This document shows positions 8,294 through 13,812 of a stretch of 64,000 nt of DNA, piece by piece. The notes under the pieces are model-generated. The model did not search any database. It was not told the origin of the DNA and worked only from the letters and a program-made list of their open reading frames with translations. The DNA is taken from IMG/VR virus record IMGVR_UViG_3300002092_000025. One strand, 5' to 3'. How positions within the stretch are numbered: the first letter of the stretch is position 1; every line of letters begins with the position of its first letter. The position numbers and the translations under genes are program-made. Origin of the DNA: a virus.

Positions 8294-8465
8294 GCCCACA
8301 GTAGACCACCATAGACCACCGTTCACACCAGCCAATTGAATGGTTCAGATCTGGAGATAATATGAATATATTCACATTCTGGAGTGGTCGGATCTGGTCG
8401 ATCCGCCATCGTAGACCACGATCCGGACCGGTCTGCCACGGTGAACCAACCACGATCAGCCACAG
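8294..8465. repeat. Degenerate 10-bp-phased (TAGA)CCAC repeats
   Basis: CCAC/CCAT/CCAA at 8296, 8306, 8316, 8406, 8416, 8436, 8446, 8450, 8460; TAGACCAC three times. Confidence 0.6.
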
Positions 8466-8485
8466 TGACTCTATACTATACAGTA

Positions 8486-8514
8486 AGGATAGCACGATTC
8501 CAGAACTGCGTCAA
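8486..8514 (-). promoter_or_regulatory. Antisense sigma70-type promoter
   Basis: Minus strand TTGACG-N14-TGCTATCCT. Confidence 0.55.
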
Positions 8515-8630
8515 GCGGATCCATAATGGATTGGGCGATCCACATAGGGATCTTGTGGAATTCTGGTCTGGGCGGGAATCCAGGATTCACCAACACTCTC
8601 GGCTCCCCAGTATCCCTGGACCTCAAGTAT

Positions 8631-8658
8631 ATAATAGCACGTCTGCACTCTGCGTCAA
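8631..8658 (-). promoter_or_regulatory. Antisense early promoter with the full consensus
   Basis: Minus strand TTGACG-cagagtgcagacg-TGCTATTAT. Confidence 0.8.
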
Positions 8659-8691
8659 CCTGGGCGGTCTAGGCCCCGCTGCTAGGGGCAT

Positions 8692-8719
8692 TTGACAAGC
8701 CCGTATTGTGTGCTATTAT
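8692..8719 (+). promoter_or_regulatory. Early sigma70 promoter, type B (no ORF before next promoter)
   Basis: TTGACA-N13-TGCTATTAT-ACATTATAAAC. Confidence 0.85.
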
Positions 8720-8736
8720 ACATTATAAACAAAAAC

Positions 8737-8766
8737 AAGCGCAAGCGCACCATAAGCGCAAGCGCA
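8737..8766. repeat. AAGCGC x4 mini-array
   Basis: Copies at 8737, 8743, 8754, 8760. Confidence 0.8.
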
Positions 8767-8777
8767 AAAAACACTAT

Positions 8778-8805
8778 TTGACACTATGCTAAGACGTGCT
8801 ATTAT
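8778..8805 (+). promoter_or_regulatory. Early sigma70 promoter, type B
   Basis: TTGACA-N13-TGCTATTAT. Confidence 0.85.
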
Positions 8806-8833
8806 ACATTATAAACAAACAACGGAGCGCAAC

Positions 8834-9082
8834 ATGTTGTCTCAAGAGTATATTATAAACAATAGCAAGTATACCCATGATTATGAAGCAGAAGCCATTG
8901 CTAGTTTTGAAGCAACGGGCGACGATAAAATGGACCTGTTGCTTGAACGTTTTGAGAACAGTATTGAGTTTGATGACAGCGACGACCTTGGCGGGCTGTC
9001 TGTATACTTTAAAGACGGCAAGATGGTAGCCTTTTACGACTATGAGAACTTCCGTGGCAGCAACGAATTGCTGTCTGCTTGA
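8834..9082 (+). CDS. Acidic hypothetical early protein
   Basis: GGAG RBS; start re-assigned to ATG 8834. Confidence 0.8.
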   Translation: MLSQEYIINNSKYTHDYEAEAIASFEATGDDKMDLLLERFENSIEFDDSDDLGGLSVYFKDGKMVAFYDYENFRGSNELLSA

Positions 9083-9106
9083 CGTGCTTATAGAACGTGC
9101 TATTAT
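9079..9106 (+). promoter_or_regulatory. Early sigma70 promoter, type B
   Basis: TTGACG-N13-TGCTATTAT. Confidence 0.85.
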
Positions 9107-9137
9107 ACATTATAAACATTAACAACGGAGCAAACAA

Positions 9138-9323
9138 ATGGCTACTTTCCTCGCACAACGTGTCGTCACTTATTTTACAAAAATTGAAGCAGACAGCCAA
9201 GACGCCGCACAAGACGCCGCAGACGCCTTAGCAATGGAAAAAGACGGCATTGTTGATACTAAGACTTGGTCCGTAGGGGCTGACGAACTTACGGTTGAAG
9301 AGGACGACCATACAGACTTTTAA
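9138..9323 (+). CDS. Acidic hypothetical early protein
   Basis: GGAG RBS. Confidence 0.8.
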   Translation: MATFLAQRVVTYFTKIEADSQDAAQDAADALAMEKDGIVDTKTWSVGADELTVEEDDHTDF

Positions 9324-9329
9324 GCAAGG

Positions 9330-9357
9330 TTGACGTGCTGATAAGACGTGCTATTAT
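9330..9357 (+). promoter_or_regulatory. Early sigma70 promoter, type B
   Basis: TTGACG-N13-TGCTATTAT. Confidence 0.85.
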
Positions 9358-9388
9358 ACATTATAAACAAAACGCAACGGAGCGCAAA

Positions 9389-9637
9389 ATGAGCAAGCAA
9401 TTCACAGTCGTTGGAACTAGCGTCCTCAATGGTGTCCTCAAAGTCCGCTTTGCTAACGATTTAGCAAGCCGCATCAAAGTATTGGGTCGCAACGGGCACA
9501 CGGACATTAACCTTATCTATTGTGCTTACGAAATGGATAAAGTAGACGCTGTTAAATTTGCCATTACGCAAGAAACCCAGTTTAACGAAGTAGAGCGTGA
9601 ATTGTTTGCTGCCTATATTAAAGCAAACGAGTTTTAA
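9389..9637 (+). CDS. Conserved jumbo-phage protein (KVRFAND...GHTD family), paralog 1
   Basis: GGAG RBS; clear paralog of 11082-11309. Confidence 0.85.
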   Translation: MSKQFTVVGTSVLNGVLKVRFANDLASRIKVLGRNGHTDINLIYCAYEMDKVDAVKFAITQETQFNEVERELFAAYIKANEF

Positions 9638-9658
9638 TACTATAAGCACAGGGCGGGG

Positions 9659-9686
9659 TTGACGTGCTCTCGCCCTGTGCTATTAT
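9659..9686 (+). promoter_or_regulatory. Early sigma70 promoter, type B, embedded in a hairpin
   Basis: TTGACG-N13-TGCTATTAT; GCACAGGGCG/CGCCCTGTGC arms flank the -35. Confidence 0.85.
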
Positions 9687-9714
9687 ACATTATAAACAAA
9701 CAACGGAGAACATC

Positions 9715-9939
9715 ATGACAGACGAGACGGCGATATTCAAGGTGACGGTGGTCTCCAACGGCAATCCGTTTTATCTGCGCAACACGGTGTGGACCAGCGA
9801 TCCCGACCGAGCCACTGAGTTCGAATCGTGGAACGAGGCTCTCGCAGGCCTGCGCAAGGCTGAGAAGTTCATGAAGTCTTCCATATACAAAAAGGCTGAG
9901 ATCAAACTGTTCGACGAGAACACAAAGACCCTAGGTTGA
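9715..9939 (+). CDS. Hypothetical early protein
   Basis: GGAG RBS; start re-assigned. Confidence 0.8.
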   Translation: MTDETAIFKVTVVSNGNPFYLRNTVWTSDPDRATEFESWNEALAGLRKAEKFMKSSIYKKAEIKLFDENTKTLG

Positions 9940-9963
9940 CGTGCTGTTAGGGTGTGCTATTAT
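9936..9963 (+). promoter_or_regulatory. Early sigma70 promoter, type B
   Basis: TTGACG-N13-TGCTATTAT. Confidence 0.85.
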
Positions 9964-9994
9964 ACATTATAAACATTAACAACGGAGCAAGCAG

Positions 9995-10174
9995 ATGAGC
10001 AGCATCGTAACCCACGCAAAGCGGATTGACCAAGGACTTGCGGACATCGTCGCTGAGTATATAGCCTCCAAGGGTGTCACAGTATGCCGCCCTGGGGCAA
10101 AGTCTACCAAGTCGCAGGGTAGCAAGCACGCCGGGAAGAGCACCTATATGAAGGGCAGCCGTAGGGCGGCCTAA
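9995..10174 (+). CDS. 59-aa basic protein, weakly SutA-like
   Basis: LADIVAEYIASKGVTVCRPG; GGAG RBS; absent from the ORF track. Confidence 0.65.
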   Translation: MSSIVTHAKRIDQGLADIVAEYIASKGVTVCRPGAKSTKSQGSKHAGKSTYMKGSRRAA

Positions 10175-10185
10175 CAAGAGTTTAT

Positions 10186-10260
10186 TCCGACATAGCTCAG
10201 CGGTAGAGTAGGTGGCTGTTAACCACTTGGTCCCTGGTTCGAATCCAGGTGTCGGAGCCA
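10186..10260 (+). tRNA. tRNA-Asn(GTT)
   Basis: TCCGACA/TGTCGGA acceptor, CT-GTT-AA loop, GTTCGAATC, encoded CCA. Confidence 0.95.
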
Positions 10261-10265
10261 ATCAT

Positions 10266-10341
10266 GCCTGCTTAGTGTTAGTGGCTAGCACGTCAGTTTG
10301 TGGAACTGAAAGAGTTGGATCGAAACCAACAGCAGGTACCA
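10266..10341 (+). tRNA. tRNA-His(GTG), alphaproteobacterial type
   Basis: GCCTGCT/AGCAGGT acceptor (G1:U72), A73, CCA; TT-GTG-GA loop; position -1 is T. Confidence 0.9.
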
Positions 10342-10348
10342 ATATAAA

Positions 10349-10426
10349 CTCTCGGTCGCCTAGTCTGGTATGGCACCTGTTTTGGGAACAGGAATAACGT
10401 CGGTTCGAATCCGGCCCGGGAGACCA
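10349..10426 (+). tRNA. tRNA-Pro(TGG)
   Basis: CTCTCGG/CCGGGAG acceptor, TT-TGG-GA loop, CCA. Confidence 0.93.
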
Positions 10427-10438
10427 AATCGAAAAAGG

Positions 10439-10466
10439 TTGACACGATCAGACTCTGTGCTATTAT
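10439..10466 (+). promoter_or_regulatory. Early sigma70 promoter, type B
   Basis: TTGACA-N13-TGCTATTAT. Confidence 0.85.
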
Positions 10467-10493
10467 GTATTATAGACATTAAGGAGCAAGCAG

Positions 10494-10682
10494 ATGAGCA
10501 ACACCACAGCAGGTACTATCCTCACAGTCGTTGGGATTTGGTTCGCTATCCTGGGAGTCTCGGGTATGGAATCCTCGATCAACGATCAATCGCTGTTCGC
10601 CGGTTCGTTGGTCAGCATCGTGGGCGTCGGGGTGTTGGGCTGTGGGGTGTTGATGCTGAGACAGGTTGACAGCAGAGGCTAA
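10494..10682 (+). CDS. Small two-TM membrane protein
   Basis: Two hydrophobic segments; TAAGGAG RBS. Confidence 0.8.
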   Translation: MSNTTAGTILTVVGIWFAILGVSGMESSINDQSLFAGSLVSIVGVGVLGCGVLMLRQVDSRG

Positions 10683-10693
10683 GGTGCTATTAT
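10666..10693 (+). promoter_or_regulatory. Early sigma70 promoter, type B
   Basis: TTGACA-N13-TGCTATTAT. Confidence 0.85.
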
Positions 10694-10725
10694 ACATTAT
10701 AGACATTAAGCAACAGGGGTAGGCG

Positions 10726-11001
10726 ATGTATAACGCGATGACCGACACTGCGATCCGCAAAGCACTCAAGATCCTCCGCAAGAACCGCGACGAGGGACGC
10801 GACGTCCAAGAAGCACAGATCATGATCGACGGAATGATCGACGAGTTGATCCGTAGGAACACAGACCCCTACACCACGGCAGCAGACATCCGCTACTTCG
10901 AGAGCGAAGAGTGTGAGCCCGACTGCGTCACTGGTTGCGATCCTGCGGAGTATGAGGATGAGGATTGGTCCAACCAATCCGCGATCTCCTATACATTATA
11001 G
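10726..11001 (+). CDS. Hypothetical early protein
   Basis: ORF behind promoter. Confidence 0.75.
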   Translation: MYNAMTDTAIRKALKILRKNRDEGRDVQEAQIMIDGMIDELIRRNTDPYTTAADIRYFESEECEPDCVTGCDPAEYEDEDWSNQSAISYTL

Positions 11002-11014
11002 ACCGAGGGGTAGG

Positions 11015-11042
11015 TTGACAACACTAGAACAGATGCTATTAT
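11015..11042 (+). promoter_or_regulatory. Early sigma70 promoter, type B
   Basis: TTGACA-N13-TGCTATTAT. Confidence 0.85.
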
Positions 11043-11081
11043 ACATTATAGACAGTAAGACACACACACAGGAGATACAAC

Positions 11082-11309
11082 ATGTCTAAGTCATTCACAG
11101 TTGCTGGTACTTCCGTCCTCAACGGCAAAGAAAAAGTTCGTTTCGCTAACGATATCGCAACCCGCGTTAAGGTGCTTGCTCGCAACGGGCACACGGATGT
11201 GGACTTGATCGAACTGCCCACAGAGATGGACAAAGAAATGGCTGTGCTGTTCCTCAAGGGACTGGAGCGTTTCAAAGATAAAGAAAGCGTCCTCGCTTAC
11301 ACCGCATAA
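11082..11309 (+). CDS. Conserved jumbo-phage protein (KVRFAND...GHTD family), paralog 2
   Basis: AGGAG RBS; paralog of 9389-9637. Confidence 0.85.
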   Translation: MSKSFTVAGTSVLNGKEKVRFANDIATRVKVLARNGHTDVDLIELPTEMDKEMAVLFLKGLERFKDKESVLAYTA

Positions 11310-11318
11310 GTAAGATCA

Positions 11319-11356
11319 TAGGGAGGTTGACAACAGCCTCCCTACTCTGCTACTAT
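11319..11356 (+). promoter_or_regulatory. Hairpin overlapping the tRNA promoter
   Basis: TAGGGAGGTTG-ACAA-CAGCCTCCCTA stem-loop containing TTGACA; TGCTACTAT downstream. Confidence 0.7.
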
Positions 11357-11378
11357 AAGACAATAGATAATAGTTCGT

Positions 11379-11455
11379 GGGCCTATAGCTCAATTGGTTA
11401 GAGCAACGGTCTCATAAACCGTAGGTTACTGGTTCAAGTCCATTTGGGCCCACCA
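11379..11455 (+). tRNA. tRNA-CAT, probably Ile2 (lysidine) rather than Met
   Basis: GGGCCTA/TGGGCCC acceptor typical of Ile2, CT-CAT-AA loop, CCA. Confidence 0.85.
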
Positions 11456-11464
11456 ACTATTAAG

Positions 11465-11540
11465 GCCCGCGTATTCCAATGGTAGAGAAGGAAGACTTAA
11501 AATCTTCACAGTGTCAGTTCGAATCTGACCGCGGGCACCA
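11465..11540 (+). tRNA. tRNA-Leu(TAA) with short variable loop
   Basis: GCCCGCG/CGCGGGC acceptor, CT-TAA-AA loop, 5-nt variable region, A73, CCA. Confidence 0.9.
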
Positions 11541-11561
11541 TTCCTCATACGAAAGAATAAC

Positions 11562-11780
11562 ATGTTGGATAATGTTTTAAAGTACGTGGGTATGATCGCA
11601 GTGATACTAGGTGCGATCCTCACAAGTCTCCGCATCGATCCCGCGAACATATTCTTCCTCAACCTCGGTGCGCTCGCATATCTGATATGGTCAGTACGTA
11701 TCCGTGAGTGGAACTTGGTAGCAGTCAACGGGACACTCTTAGCGATCTATATCGTTGGGGCGGTGTTGACAAACTCCTAA
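11562..11780 (+). CDS. Small three-TM membrane protein
   Basis: Three hydrophobic helices; resembles half-size PnuC/SemiSWEET-like phage proteins. Confidence 0.75.
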   Translation: MLDNVLKYVGMIAVILGAILTSLRIDPANIFFLNLGALAYLIWSVRIREWNLVAVNGTLLAIYIVGAVLTNS

Positions 11781-11793
11781 CAGATGCTATTAT
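11766..11793 (+). promoter_or_regulatory. Early sigma70 promoter (type A-like leader)
   Basis: TTGACA-N13-TGCTATTAT. Confidence 0.85.
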
Positions 11794-11819
11794 AACAGCA
11801 TAAACAAAGGGAGCAGATC

Positions 11820-12026
11820 ATGTTCGTACTGTCATTAGATCAGGGCTACGATGGCGAGGCATGCTTAGGTGTGTACTCAACACAAGCGAAAGCAGAAGCA
11901 GCCTGGGAAGCATATAAGCTGTGCCCTGTTTACTTCGAAAGCGATTGCTATCTAATCTACAAGATAGCAGTAGACGACAAGCCCCGCATACAGTCGATGG
12001 TAGACGATGGTTCATGGAGAGACTAA
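11820..12026 (+). CDS. Hypothetical early protein (LGVYST..KAE motif)
   Basis: GGGAG RBS. Confidence 0.8.
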   Translation: MFVLSLDQGYDGEACLGVYSTQAKAEAAWEAYKLCPVYFESDCYLIYKIAVDDKPRIQSMVDDGSWRD

Positions 12027-12027
12027 C

Positions 12028-12174
12028 ATGCTGAAGATGAAACGTTATACGGTAGTCATGGACTGCGGCGCACACCTCAATGTAATAGCCACCGGCTGTG
12101 CTAGAGCGTTAGAGATCGCAACACAAGCAGGATGGATGCCCTGGGACATACAGCATATAGAGGAGCGAACATAA
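12028..12174 (+). CDS. Hypothetical protein, 48 aa
   Basis: GGAG RBS; TAATG coupling to the next gene; absent from the ORF track. Confidence 0.6.
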   Translation: MLKMKRYTVVMDCGAHLNVIATGCARALEIATQAGWMPWDIQHIEERT

Positions 12175-12461
12175 TGTGGCTACTCCTACCCTTAGCAGGT
12201 ATGGCTGCTGGCTACTACCTAGGGCGTGAGAGTCCTGCTGCGATGTGGACTATCATCCTAGTCTGTTGTGTCACTATAGCGATAGGACTAGGTGACCCTG
12301 CCCTAGCTGTGATAGCACTGTGCTGGATGATAGGTATAGCAGTAGCCATAGCCGTCCTACTCAACATCATACCTATCCTACTGTTCCTCTTCGGGGCTGC
12401 TGTTGCCCTACTGTTCATCATAGTACTGTTCACGGGCATCTGTAAGCTGGCGGGGGTGTGA
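12174..12461 (+). CDS. Highly hydrophobic membrane protein
   Basis: GAGGAG RBS; start re-assigned to MWLLLPL. Confidence 0.75.
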   Translation: MWLLLPLAGMAAGYYLGRESPAAMWTIILVCCVTIAIGLGDPALAVIALCWMIGIAVAIAVLLNIIPILLFLFGAAVALLFIIVLFTGICKLAGV

Positions 12462-12462
12462 C

Positions 12463-12588
12463 ATGCGGGTTGGCGATCACATGTGGATCATCACTAGTAT
12501 CGACTCAGGATGGATGCATCACAGTTGGGCTTATTGGGCGGCGGAGAATACGGTTATGGTCAAGGCCATGGTGGTCTGGTCATTCTGA
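12463..12588 (+). CDS. Possible 41-aa protein
   Basis: GGGGGT RBS-like sequence, follows the upstream stop. Confidence 0.4.
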   Translation: MRVGDHMWIITSIDSGWMHHSWAYWAAENTVMVKAMVVWSF

Positions 12589-12793
12589 GACACCGACCGG
12601 TTAAGTGTTTGATAATGCTAGCGTATTTTTTGGGCGGGCTAGCGTTGCTGTTTCTTCACATGGGGTTGTAGAATCACCACCCGGCTAGGAAAGTTTACTT
12701 AATACTAAAAATATGCGCGACCACTTTGTATACTGTGTGTACTAGGTCGGGCCCACTGTTTTCCTATTTTGAAATTTTTTTTACAGCAGATTT

Positions 12794-13120
12794 TTATCGT
12801 TTTATATATTGGTGGATGAACTGTTTAAGATGTTCTGGGCTCTTTATTATTCTTCTCACCTGTATGTGTCTTTCTTTAGGCAGTAGTTCACCTAGAGTCA
12901 ATAGTATTTTATGACTCAACACACTGCTTAGATTCATCTCGCTACCATCTTGGAATACGATTGGTCTATTACCCTGTCTATCGATATTCTTCATTAGCTG
13001 CATCTGTATATTAGCATCACCAAGGTCTTTACGGTTTCCAAAGTCGTATGCTGTTGGGTCTACCCTCATCGCTCTTATAAAGGGTGATTCTGCTCGTTCT
13101 AAAAGTTCTTTAATTTTCAT
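12794..13120 (-). CDS. Hypothetical protein, candidate internal head protein
   Basis: N-terminus MKIKELLE; coupled to the kinase gene. Confidence 0.75.
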   Translation of the reverse strand: MKIKELLERAESPFIRAMRVDPTAYDFGNRKDLGDANIQMQLMKNIDRQGNRPIVFQDGSEMNLSSVLSHKILLTLGELLPKERHIQVRRIIKSPEHLKQFIHQYIKR

Positions 13121-13764
13121 ACGCCACCTTCCCCTATAGGGTCTGTTATCACTACAGTATCGCCACGTTGCATAAAGTTCCCACTGTGCATATCCCAGTT
13201 CTTCATCCTGCTAAACTTTTGACTCATATCCTTAAACGTGTAGTATAGTTTAGGAAACTCTGCTTTTAATTTAATTCCAGCATGTAGTACCTGTGCTGGA
13301 GTGGGCCACGGACCGTACATACTCCATACAAAACCCATAGCATCTTTGAAACTTTTATCAGTCAATGGATCGAGTTTCTCCATCATAACGAACGCTGTTT
13401 GATTATCAATACTCTTTATCATAGTTATACGGGGTAAGTGTTCATTCTTCTTACTGTATGCTTTACAGTACTCTGCCCATTTGAGATAGTTAGGGTTCTT
13501 ATGGAATAGTTTAATAACCTCATTGGGACGACGGGGATGTTGGAATACTTCACCAAAGTATCCTCTACCCAACTGTACGGGTTTATATCCCATAGCCTTT
13601 ATCTTATCTACGAACTGATCTATACGATCAGTATCAGTATAATCACCCGTACGTATGAATGTAGGATCTTTTTTCATAGCTGCTGCTTGTTTGTATATAG
13701 GGTGTTCTCTATATCCAGTTAGTTCATCTACGGTTGATTCTGTTAATATTTCGTTGATACGCAT
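13117..13764 (-). CDS. Ser/Thr protein kinase, T7 gp0.7-like catalytic domain
   Basis: LGRGYFGEVF Gly loop, VIK, DMHSGNFM catalytic loop, ITDP; N-terminus MRINEILTE. Confidence 0.8.
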   Translation of the reverse strand: MRINEILTESTVDELTGYREHPIYKQAAAMKKDPTFIRTGDYTDTDRIDQFVDKIKAMGYKPVQLGRGYFGEVFQHPRRPNEVIKLFHKNPNYLKWAEYCKAYSKKNEHLPRITMIKSIDNQTAFVMMEKLDPLTDKSFKDAMGFVWSMYGPWPTPAQVLHAGIKLKAEFPKLYYTFKDMSQKFSRMKNWDMHSGNFMQRGDTVVITDPIGEGGV

Positions 13765-13812
13765 CGTTTATTTACCGTTGATCTACTCTGTTTAGTATGT
13801 TATATTATATGT

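Noticed and set aside
8030-8695. ORFs 8030-8239(-), 8244-8495(-) and 8384-8695(+)
   Set aside because: They are translations of DNA repeats or overlap promoters, have no RBS and show atypical composition
3747-9714. Shared N-termini such as MLLYKHKQT and RAIIHYKQ in track ORFs
   Set aside because: They are translations of the promoter repeat; real starts lie after the downstream RBS
4009-10174. C-terminal Ala-Ala ends (KEAA, RRAA) as ClpXP degrons
   Set aside because: At least partly explained by an overlapping AAGGAGGC RBS, and too few cases to support
9947-11728. ORFs 9947-10261(-), 10212-10397(+), 10370-10669(+), 11426-11728(-)
   Set aside because: Shadow frames of tRNA genes
639-11793. 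Repeated ~60-bp elements as a CRISPR array or integron attC sites
   Set aside because: Spacing is gene-sized and irregular, the repeats are promoter/RBS sequences, GTTGAC[A/G] does not fit GTTRRRY, and no cas or integrase gene is in the window
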